DNA of 64,000 nt from Nanobdellota archaeon (lineage in GTDB: Archaea > Nanobdellota > Nanobdellia > Pacearchaeales > JAHJTO01), in assembly GCA_042572295.1 (NCBI GenBank), contig JBHPFA010000003.1, positions 45,802 through 109,801 on the forward strand, given 5' to 3'. Shown piece by piece: positions 36,501 to 46,200 of this stretch; position 1 is the stretch's first letter, and each line of letters starts with the position of its first letter. Below the pieces are notes generated by a model. It did not search any database. It was not told where the DNA came from and saw nothing but the letters and a program-made list of their open reading frames with translations. A program made the position numbers and the translations under genes.

Positions 36501-39500
36501 TTGTCCAATCTGCTTATTCGAATTTGTGCATTATTTGAAGAATTTACTATAAAAGTTGCAGCTCCTGCAGTACTCTTTATTTGAGCCACAGTACTAACTC
36601 CTGAAACATCTAATAAATGTGAAGGACTTGAAGTTCCTATTCCTACATTCCCACCATTTTTTATAGTGAAACGGCTTAAAGAACCATTGACCAGGTATGT
36701 AACATCATAATCTGGTTGAATATAAAATCCACCACTATTTGACAATAGATTAGTTGGGCTAACAAAAAGTCCTGCACCACCTGCATCAGCATAAATAGAT
36801 ATGTTAGTATTATCATTTTCAAACTGAGAACTGAAAGCTCCTGAACCAGAATCAACATGGAGTGGCCTATTTGGACCTATTGTTCCTATCCCAACCTTTC
36901 CAGTCTCATCAATCATCATATCATAAGTTGGTGCTGCTGAATTATCATTCTTTGTACTTCTTGCAAAGTACATCTTTCCATGATTAGAAAGTAATCCTCT
37001 TGAAATTCCATCCCCAGTTGAATGATTTGTCCAGATGATTCCTCCACCACCATATGTAAGTGCATCAATTTCAATAAACCTATTCCAACCATCAGTAGTC
37101 CATCTATCTGCAACAGTATTTGTTCCAACTTTAAGAGTTCCCCCACTAACATCTAATAAACGAGCAGGACTTTCAGTCCCAATTCCAACATTTCCACTAT
37201 AATCAAATGTGACCCTATTGGATGAATCTTCAACATCTCTAAATGCCAAACCATTATTGCTCAAATACATACTCCAATGATGTGCAGAATCTGTTGCATT
37301 AAGCGATAGGAACTGACTTGTAAGAGTGTCTGCAATGTCTAATTTAGCAAAAGGACTTTCAGTCCCAATCCCCACATCTCCACTTCCATCAATAACTACA
37401 TCCTCACTTCTACCGTTTGTACCAAAAGACATTACATTTGATAATGAATCATCTTGATGATAATATAAAATCGAACCAGAAGTAGCATCAGATTCAAACT
37501 TTAATCCTCCCCTAGTATCACCAGGAGATACAATACTAATAAGTGTTTCAACAGTATCAGTACTTTCCACAACAAATCTGCTATCTACATCAGAAGTTAC
37601 AGATGCATCTCCATCCTGTACATGTAATAATCTTTCTGGACTTTCAGTCCCAATTCCAACATAATTTGTAGTATTTTGTATGGTCATAGCGATAGACTCT
37701 CCAGGAACTAAGTAGATATTTTTATTATCTGAATCAGCATCAGTCTGTATCATCATCCCATAAGCATTATCTCCTCCAATAACTCCTCCATCAATAAATC
37801 CAATCCTCCCAACCTCATCTCCAGTAGTTGCGTGACCTGCATCTGCAAACATTATCTGAGCCAAATAGCCTCCAGCACCAACAGCAGATTCTACTTTCAA
37901 AGGAGTATTACTACCTACAGATACATGTAATCTGCTATCAGGACTTGCTGTTCCAATCCCAACATTTCCACTTGTTTTATTAACATACAAAGTATTATTC
38001 AGATTGACATCTCCAGCAACTTCAAATAAATGACTCGGATTTCCTGTTCCAATACCAACAGAACCTGAACTTAAAATAGTTACTTCAATATCATCACCAG
38101 TACCTATTCCCAAAGTAGATGCAGAAGTAGTTCCAAGATAAGCATTAGTTGCATCGTTAGGAGCACGTAATCTAATTCCCCCAATAGATTCATCCTCAAT
38201 AAATATTTGAGTAATATCTCCATCTCCTTTCAAATGTAATAATTCTTCAGGAACTGATTCTCCAATCCCAACATATCCATCACTTTGTAAGGTCATTATT
38301 GTTGATTCTGTACCACCATAATTTTCATTAAAATATAATTTATTTGCACTACCATCATGATTTAATATAAATGAAGACGACGTTCCTGTCCCTTCTGTAA
38401 ATATCAATTGAGTAGCATTTCCTGGATTTGCACCTGCTGCACTTAACATTAATGTAACAGCATCAGTCCCATTTATGTGTAATTCTTTATCAGGACTCTC
38501 AGTTCCAATTCCAACATTTCCATCCCCAAGTATTTTAAGCCTTACTGAATCATTTGTTTTGAAACCCATTGAATCTGTAGCATGAGCATAATGTATCTCT
38601 CCCACATTTGCATCTGAACCGTCTGCCCATCTTATATAACCTGTTGCAGTATCCTCATCTGAATCAAAAACTAATTGTTGACTATCACTTCCTCCTGTGC
38701 TTCTTATTCTAACTGTAGGATCATTTGCTGCATAAACATCTAATTCATCTTCAGGACTTTCAGTCCCAATTCCAGTATTTCCTGCTGAAGGATTTAATAT
38801 AACATCTCCATCAGTCTGAAACTTAATAACATCCTTTCCAACAGTAGCCTCACGAAGAACAAATGAATCACTATCAGTTCCTTCATTTCCTAAATTCCAA
38901 CGTTGAGCATCATTCAAAAAAATAATTGTTGAATGTGAGTCTGCACCAGAGCTATTTAACTGAATACTTACAGTTTCATCATTAATATCTAAATCATAAC
39001 TAGGACTTGTTGTTCCTATACCTACATTTCCATTTTCTAAGATTGCCATACGATTAGCCCCTCCAACTCTAAAACCTAACGGTAATCCAGAAGTTGCTAA
39101 ATAATGTGCCTCATAACTATCTAAGGTTAATGAAGGCAAAATTCTAAAATAAGTTGCTCCTGATTGAAACCTTGCTTCAGAACCATTAACATGCAATGCA
39201 GTAGCAGGACTTGCAGTCCCAATCCCTACACTACCATCTTCTTTAACAACAAAATCAAAATTCGTACCATCATAAACACCAAATCCATAATAATCACTTG
39301 AAGTTCCAGCATGTTCTACGACAAGACCATGTCCGGTTGAAGCATCTTGTTCTACTCTTGCTGCCCAAACTCCTGCTTTATTCTCATTAACATGGAATAA
39401 TTCTGATGGATTAGCAGTTCCAATCCCTACATTCTCAAAAACAGTCAAGTTTCCAGTAACATTTACATTCCCTGTTAAACCAATTACACCATCAACAATA

Positions 39501-39964
39501 TTATCAATGACTTCTCCAAGTTTAAAAGTTATTTTCTCACTTAAAGTTAAATTAGTATCATCACTTATATCTTCATCTGCAATATCTCCTAAAGGGGCAT
39601 AAAAGAATTGTCTATCAACTTCTGATCCAGTATAATCAGTGAAGTTGATATCAGCCCCATTGATTAAATAATCAGTATAGTATTTCTTTCCATATTCTAA
39701 AGATAAATTATTGGAAGCATTAGCCCCCAACATCACATTCCAAGTTCCATTATCAATCTGTTCAGTATAAACCTCACTAAACACTAAAGTCCCACCACTT
39801 GCAGCATCATAAACATTAACAGTTAAGTTTCCATCATCAATCAAAACTCCATTTGAATCTAAAACATCAGTTGCTTGATTTGATAATGAGATAGGCAACA
39901 CAGCTGAAACAATTACACTGGACATCAACAAAAACATTAACAAGAAGATAAATCTCTTATTCAT
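33533..39964 (-). CDS. Secreted fibre/adhesin-like protein with ~15 GNVGIGT repeats and three C-terminal C-type-lectin-like domains (2143 aa)
   Basis: Signal peptide; repeated G-x-VGIGT-x-x-P; three copies of CP-x-GF...LGCMQT...W..A...C..TYGG.LP...RC(F/W)IP. Confidence 0.85.
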   Translation of the reverse strand: MNKRFIFLLMFLLMSSVIVSAVLPISLSNQATDVLDSNGVLIDDGNLTVNVYDAASGGTLVFSEVYTEQIDNGTWNVMLGANASNNLSLEYGKKYYTDYLINGADINFTDYTGSEVDRQFFYAPLGDIADEDISDDTNLTLSEKITFKLGEVIDNIVDGVIGLTGNVNVTGNLTVFENVGIGTANPSELFHVNENKAGVWAARVEQDASTGHGLVVEHAGTSSDYYGFGVYDGTNFDFVVKEDGSVGIGTASPATALHVNGSEARFQSGATYFRILPSLTLDSYEAHYLATSGLPLGFRVGGANRMAILENGNVGIGTTSPSYDLDINDETVSIQLNSSGADSHSTIIFLNDAQRWNLGNEGTDSDSFVLREATVGKDVIKFQTDGDVILNPSAGNTGIGTESPEDELDVYAANDPTVRIRSTGGSDSQQLVFDSDEDTATGYIRWADGSDANVGEIHYAHATDSMGFKTNDSVRLKILGDGNVGIGTESPDKELHINGTDAVTLMLSAAGANPGNATQLIFTEGTGTSSSFILNHDGSANKLYFNENYGGTESTIMTLQSDGYVGIGESVPEELLHLKGDGDITQIFIEDESIGGIRLRAPNDATNAYLGTTSASTLGIGTGDDIEVTILSSGSVGIGTGNPSHLFEVAGDVNLNNTLYVNKTSGNVGIGTASPDSRLHVSVGSNTPLKVESAVGAGGYLAQIMFADAGHATTGDEVGRIGFIDGGVIGGDNAYGMMIQTDADSDNKNIYLVPGESIAMTIQNTTNYVGIGTESPERLLHVQDGDASVTSDVDSRFVVESTDTVETLISIVSPGDTRGGLKFESDATSGSILYYHQDDSLSNVMSFGTNGRSEDVVIDGSGDVGIGTESPFAKLDIADTLTSQFLSLNATDSAHHWSMYLSNNGLAFRDVEDSSNRVTFDYSGNVGIGTESPARLLDVSGGTLKVGTNTVADRWTTDGWNRFIEIDALTYGGGGIIWTNHSTGDGISRGLLSNHGKMYFARSTKNDNSAAPTYDMMIDETGKVGIGTIGPNRPLHVDSGSGAFSSQFENDNTNISIYADAGGAGLFVSPTNLLSNSGGFYIQPDYDVTYLVNGSLSRFTIKNGGNVGIGTSSPSHLLDVSGVSTVAQIKSTAGAATFIVNSSNNAQIRISRLDNTLSSSLAFQTAGSNDWVVGNGIGGTTTDFQIWNYAGSEAMRITSSGSNVGIGTSTPQGKLDVAGDVHLNGTGTNQLHLPLNNDATNPTIAFGDGDTGIYEVGANILGFTLGGTAKFSMSGNKLAGLTSGAPSLINEDASATNPTLLPDSADLDTGIGTAAADQLSLIAGGTEAMHILSNDVQIGSGIDFSVDGDGFNYDTSVNFVGIGATDPTHKLNVVGDANITGAVIFADGTNQTSAAGSGGHTISTINDSGLTDFTARTKLAFDDSYFNISDNSSGDFTEVSFSNAVALERQCPDGFTKIENAGITLGCMQTTQEGTSSQWQVANDDCWDTYGGRLPFAAEAHIARANYVMTDEDQREWYGDGVGIATVSSYLFYYETEGDDWSTSYGGHDSTNDYRCFIPEASDVYAPGTSEVTDIWGVVDEQSVTSASSVNFTDLQPGTTYRLQFNHKMNTADNNIFLQFNNDGGSNYEYRLHGYHSSECITQSTSDTKIPMECYALPNLDEYRFGWIEFQTADDDNTIVSVIGQMKDHLDGGDVAMSYMGAEYDGASALTSLEFVPEENTITGSYKLMKLGPAIVQTDTRMECPGGFTEIVSNGITLGCMQTGVESTSAQWDDANDACFSTYGGRLPNMGEIYIAANNYALSDETTYNEWVNDLCDGGLVNQRGYRTSGSIAGSNCGTYTGTFAHRCFIPNIGGEPYPEGVAISVPASASTTFSSAVSITSTTLAAHNSISNLTVQMNGGQAEIGFVCNANVPNGVGGKIGFLIDNQFVEGQSSTVGVLYGDSVATSGVAHDVSFTYLTNDTYTGSTEFAMAFAGNGMTINYGSAGACKFYAREVRNVAGTGDVASNGDNTFIGENIFSNILNVTGTFFASKKRINCPAGFTEVHAQGRALGCMQTAEEGSAAWLAASDNCFDTYGGELPGWDVMYTAVQNYNASLTDESNDDEWTSDRVALGIVYYDGVAPTTMDYFGIATSHVYRCWIPS

Positions 39965-40095
39965 TTTTTGACCCCCTTCAAGTTTTCGATCACTAAACTC
40001 TTTACAAACTCAGTCTTCTTAATACCTAAGTTATCTGCAAGCTTCTGGATAATCTTATCCAACTTATCAGAAACAGAAATCTTAATTTCGGGCAT
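39961..40095 (-). CDS. Ribbon-helix-helix (CopG/Arc/MetJ-like) protein, 44 aa
   Basis: MPEIKISVSDKLDKIIQKLADNLGIKKTEFVKSLVIENLKGVKK: beta-strand, helix, G-x-K-K-T turn, helix. SD GGGGTG; TGA overlaps the next ATG. Below the ORF-track cutoff. Confidence 0.88.
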   Translation of the reverse strand: MPEIKISVSDKLDKIIQKLADNLGIKKTEFVKSLVIENLKGVKK

Positions 40096-40225
40096 TGTCA
40101 CACCCCTTTAAATTTTCAATCACTAAACTCTTTACAAACTCAGTTTTCTTAATACCCAAATTATCTGCAAGCTTCTGAATTAACTTATCCGTCGTCTCTG
40201 ATACCGATATCTTTATTTCACTCAT
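40082..40225 (-). CDS. Ribbon-helix-helix protein, 47 aa (tandem paralog)
   Basis: MSEIKISVSETTDKLIQKLADNLGIKKTEFVKSLVIENLKGCDNARN; differences from the adjacent copy in the conserved part are all synonymous. Confidence 0.88.
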   Translation of the reverse strand: MSEIKISVSETTDKLIQKLADNLGIKKTEFVKSLVIENLKGCDNARN

Positions 40226-40274
40226 AATACTCACTGATTCCTCACTAATCAGTGAGGAATATTAGGTATTTAAA
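40226..40274 (-). promoter_or_regulatory. RHH operon promoter with inverted-repeat operator
   Basis: ATTCCTCACT-AATC-AGTGAGGAAT (40237-40260) plus an extra CTCACTGATT site; minus-strand TATA TTTAAATA starts at 40274. Confidence 0.75.
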
Positions 40275-43200
40275 GGTTTTCCTTTTTCTTTAACTTATCT
40301 CCTGCTCTTTTGAATAGTGTATAGATATTTCTTGGATCTCTATCCAACATCTTAGCTATCTCTACATTACTTAATCCTTCTTTTCTTAAGTGTAAAGTCA
40401 GACTTTCCAAGATACTTAATCTTCTATCACTGAATATCGAGACTGGAACTTCTAATTCCCCTTTCTTAACAATTAATTTCTCTCTTCTCTTAGAAGCATT
40501 CTGATAAGTTGTCCATATACTTCTGTCATTTCTATTCAACACTTTAGCAATTTCACTTAATTTCAAATCAAACTCTTCCTTCATATATCTAACAACTAAT
40601 TCTGCAGGACTTATATTGGATTTGAACAACGAAATAGGTATTGTTCTCCTTTCTTCCTCTCTTAAAGTCATCGCTGAAGAAACCAACTCTTCAGGACTCA
40701 ATCCATAGACTTCTCTTAATTCTCTCAAAGCCTTTAATACTCTCTTTTTCCTCTTAGTCTTTAATGTAAACACTGCCAATGCTGCAATTATCTTAATATA
40801 CCAAGCTCTGCTTAATGCAGTTGAATAAGCTTGTTTAATCAAATCAGCAGAAGTTTCAGTTAAACAATAAGCTAATTCTTCTTGTGCTGTTCCTCCACCT
40901 TCACTCAAATTACCTCTTGTAAGACTTGATCCAGTAACATTCACAAAAGTATCTTGTACTAAAGAATCTCCAGAACAAGCTGCTGCTAAATTACTGCTTA
41001 CACTGAAATTCTCCGCATATATAATATAATTACCATCTTGTTCTCCAGTCAAGTTGACTGCACTTACCGAGATGTTTGAGATTACAGCATTTCCAGTATG
41101 ATTTATTGTTAAATTGCTATCTGGAAGTTGATTTGAGGATCCCCTGACTATTTCAAACCAATTGATCGAAGCAGGAGACATCACTATTGCTGGAAATGAT
41201 TCATAAGTGAAACTTACAGTATCATTAGTTGCATTCTCCCAACTCTCATCAGAAACTGTTGCTGTAATATTCCAACTTCCAGCTTCATCAAAATACCACA
41301 TTCCAACAGTACAAGTAAAGTTGATATAATTGCCACTTGATGAACCACTTGAACAAGAAGTATTCTCTCTCAAAGGTTCAATTCCCCTTGTAAAATTAAC
41401 AGCAGCAGTACTTACATTCACATCTGCAAATCCCTCTGTATCTAAAACTGTAAAGTTGACTGAAACATTCACAACTCCTGCTTCTTCAGGAGTAATACTT
41501 GAACCAACAAATATTTGAGTTATTTGTGGAGCAGCATTTAAAGGTCCTAAAACTTCCAAAGCTGTTGAATTAGACATATTCCCTACATCTTCCAAATCAC
41601 TAGGAGTAACTTCACACGCCCACTCTTCTCCAGCCGAAGTTAAATCAGAGGTTAAAGTGCTTGAATTAAAATATTCAGTTGCTTCATTATATAACAAAGC
41701 AACTTGTGAATCACTTAAAGTTTTATTATAAAGAACAACTTTTCCAAGAGTTCCATTAAATGCTGAACTTCCAGTATTAGTTGCACCAATATAAAAATCT
41801 ACCCCTACATTGACTAAATCAGCAACCTTATTTCCTACATTGTTATCCAAACTCCCATTGATATAGAACTTAATATTACTCCCATTATAAGTAGCAACTA
41901 TATGATTCCAAACATTATTATTTACAGTTCCAATAGAGTCTGCCGATACAGTATCTGTCGCCCCATCTCCAAGTATAAGTCTAACTTGATCTGAAGTAAC
42001 AATACTCAAACCATACTCTCTAGATCCTGAAGTTCCCCATTTATAAGTCATATATTGAGTAAAACCAGTATAACCTCCTGGTCTAGCCCAAACTTCCATA
42101 GAAAATTCTTCATTCACAAAACTCAAAGAATCATCATCAACAACTTTGATACGTGTTGCATTATATGGATTGAATTCATAAGCCCCTCCTACAAGAATAG
42201 AAGTATTCCATTGAGGATAAGCACCACTTGCACCTAACAAACTTCCATTATTTCCTAATCCAGAATAATCCCAAACAGCATCAGTAGCATTTGTCACATT
42301 ATTATCAAAAGGCATATTCAATACAGTAAGAGAATTTCCATCAACTTTCCAATTGAAAGTTAGATATATCTGATCCCCCTCAGTATCATCTAAATTCTGT
42401 GCATAACAAATGAGATTCTCATTTGTTGTATTATCTCCAGTTGTAGAGTTAAGTATTGGTGTCCCTTGAGTAGGTGCAATATTTGCAGGAATTTGATATT
42501 CATCACTCAATGCAAGATAATCTGTATTGTTTCCAGTCAAGTTATATGCCACATCACAGAATCCATTGGTATTTGCATCTGCACAAGTATCAGAGAATCC
42601 AGTTCCAGAGGAATTTGTCCAATAATTTCCCCCAATCTGCGTTCCCTCTCCAAAAATTCTTGTTCCTGCTTGTTGTGTTGCATTCAAATAATTCACTTTT
42701 GGAGTAGGAGCTGTAACATAATTTGTGTTATTGAAAAGATTGTTATAGACACTATTATTCTGAGCATTGCCGGAGAAATAAATTTCAGGATTATTCTGGA
42801 AGAAAGTATTTCCAATTACCCTATTTCCGTGGGCTGCACTAAACAGAATACCTGCTGAAATGGAATTAGAAATCGTGTTATTCCTTATAGTAGTATTCCT
42901 TACATTAGTCCTCAAATAAATACCTTCCAGGCCACTACTTACAAATTCACTATTTTCTATAGTGTTATTAGAACAACCTAACCCAACATATACTCCATAA
43001 AGATTATTTGAAGAATTTACATTATCAATATGCACTGAGGCAGTGCCTGCTAGTAGGTGTATTCTGTTATTACCAAGAGAATCTGAACCTGAAACATTTA
43101 CATTAGTTATGTTAGAATAATCTGCATCACAAAGTATCAATGAAGAAAACTCTTGATTTTCCAAATTCACAGAATAATTATAGAAACCTATCTGTCTCCC

Positions 43201-46200
43201 TCCAGATCCAGTCATGTTTTCTATTTTGTGACTACACTCAGAAGCAGAATTTGCAGTTAAAATAAGATCCTCCCAGGTACTTTCCTGAACAGTATTATTT
43301 ATTATTTGATTTAAGCTTGAACTTGCAAGGTAAATTCCATAACCACCTTCAAGGATCCTATTGGAGACAATAGTATGCTCTCCTCCACTCGAAATTCTTA
43401 ATCCATAATAAACACTATCATTTATAGTATTATTGAAGAAAGTATTATTATTTCCCAATCTTGATTCTATTCCATATTCAAAGTTCTCAATGATACAGTT
43501 CTTGATAGTTACATTAGTATTTGTAGAAGAGCTTCTTGTTATATTCACCCCATAACTACTAGATGCCCGACTTCCATTGATTAAAAATCCTGCACAATCC
43601 AAAGTCACATTATCTGCATCTATATTGAAACAAGTTTCAGAAGAGCTTACATCCCGAGTCATTGTATAAACTGTATTTGCACTATCCAAATTTCCACAGA
43701 TTCCTGGAACAGTTATACCCTCTTGCACACGATAACTTGTAAAATGGCTTACATTGAACACAAAAGTGCTTCCATCCCAACTTAAATTATTACAGACAGG
43801 AGTTGTTGTTGCATTACATGCTGAAAAACTTCCAGTATCTCCAACATCAACATAAGCTTGAGGTTCTATAAAGCTTAAACCTTCTAAACCTCCTAAAGTA
43901 ATCTCGGCAGAGACATTAAATGGATTAAGCAAAGTAGAGTTTAAGTAAACTTTATTTTGAGTAAGATTAAGATGAGAATTGTTGACTACAGTTCCTGCAC
44001 TTTGAATACGTATCTCTTGAGGATATCTTAAATCAGTAGATCCTTCTCTAAAAGTAGTATTTGCAAATTTAGTGTCGGATCCAATAGCCACTCTGATATA
44101 AGTGGTATTTTCTAAAACAGAAAGTCTGTTGTGCTCAAAATAATTTTGGTTAGAACTGCTTAGGACAACAATTAATTCTTGACCTTCAAGAATGTTTCTG
44201 GAGATATTGTTTGCATAACCATCAATCACAATTCCCCTCTCAGAATTATTTTGTAAAGTATTAGAGGTGACAAAAGAAGAGGTAACGCTCGGCCCTAAAT
44301 AAATACCATCATCATTGTCATATAAAGTGTTATTGAGAACCACTGCATCCTCATTTGATGAAGTAAAAAATATTCCTGAACTGAAATTTATTATTTTACA
44401 ATTCTTTATTGTTGCATCAGCCTTGATAGAAGTTACATTTATTCCTGCACTACCAGCAACTCTGGAACCGGTGATTGTGTATCCTTGACAATCAACAGTT
44501 ATGTTGTTTGCATCGATATCTATACAAGTTCCTGAAGAGGTTATATTGTTCTGTAAAGTATAGACTGTGTTTGCCAAATCTAAAGTTCTCGGACAAGAAG
44601 TTATGTTTGTTGAAGGAGTATCTTCAAATGAATAAGTTGTGAAGCTTGAAACATTAAACACAAATGTGCTTCCATCCCAACTTAAGTTATTACATTGTGG
44701 AGCAATACAAAGATCAAAATTTCCATCATCACCATAATCCACCAGCACTCTAGGATTGGTAAAGCTGGCATTTTCTAAAGTGACTTCAGCAGAGACATTA
44801 AATGGATTAAGCAAAGTAGAGTTTAAGTAAACTTTATTTTGAGTAAGATTAAGATGAGAATTGTTGACTACAGTTCCTGCACTTTGAATAAGTATCTCTT
44901 GAGGATATCTTAAATCAGTAGATCCTTCTCTAAAAGTAGTATTTGCAAATGTAGTGGTTGATCCAACAGCCACTCTGATATAAGTGGTATTTTCTAAAAC
45001 AGAAAGTCTGTTGTGCTCAAAATAATTTTGGTTAGAACTGCTTAGGACAACAATTAATTCTTGACCTTCAAGAATGTTTCTGGAGATATTGTTTGCATAA
45101 CCATCAATCACAATTCCCCTCTCAGAATTATTTTGTAAAGTATTAGAGGTGACAAAAGAAGAGGTAACGCTCGGCCCTAAATAAATACCATCATCATTGT
45201 CATATAAAGTGTTATTGAGAACCACTGCATCCTCATTTGATGAAGTAAAAAATATTCCTGAACTGAAATTTATTATTTTACAATTCTTTATTGTTGCATC
45301 AGCCTTGATAGAAGTTACATTTATTCCTGCACTATCAGCAACTCTAGAACCTGTGATTGTATATCCTTGACAATCAACAGTTATGTTGTTTGCATCGATA
45401 TCTATACAAGTTCCTGAAGAGGTTATGTTGTTCTGTAAAGTATAGACTGTGTTTGCTAAATCTAAAGTTCTCGGACAAGAAGTTATGTTTGTTGAAGGAG
45501 TATCTTCAAATGAATAAGTTGTGAAGCTTGAAACATTAAACACAAAAGTAGTTCCATCCCAACTTAGATTATTACATTGTGGAGCAGGACAAAGATCAAA
45601 ATTTCCATCATCATCATAATCAACAAGCGCTCTAGGATTAGTAAAGCTAGCATTTTCTAAAGTAATCTCAGCCGAGATATTAAAGAGGGTAAGTGAAGTG
45701 GAATTTAAGTAAACTTTATTTTGAGTAAGATTCATATAAGAGTTATTGACTATATTTCCTGAACCAAGAGTTATCTCTGAAGGGTATCTTAATTCAGTAT
45801 AACCTTCTTTAAAAGTTGTATTTACAAATTTATTAGTGACTCCAGAAATCACTCTGATGTAAGTAGTATTTTCTAAGACAGAAAGCCTGTTGTGCTCAAA
45901 ATAATTTGAATTAGAACTGCTGCTAAGGAAAATCGATTCTGGGCCTTCAATAATATTCCTTGAGATATTGTTTAAAGAAGCACTAGCAAACCATATCCCT
46001 TTCACTGAATTGTTCTGTATAGTGTTGGAAGAAATAAAAGAAGCAGTAACGCTCGGCCCTAGATAGATACCATTATCATTGTCATATAAAGTGTTATTGA
46101 GAACCACTGCAGCCTCATGTACTAAAGTAAAAAATATTCCTGAACTGAAATTCATTATTTTACAATTCTTTATTGTTGCATTATTTTTAACAGAAGTTAC

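Noticed and set aside
33533-39964. Prophage, given the tail-fibre-like repeats and RHH genes
   Set aside because: No capsid, terminase, portal or integrase genes; the protein has a Sec signal peptide.
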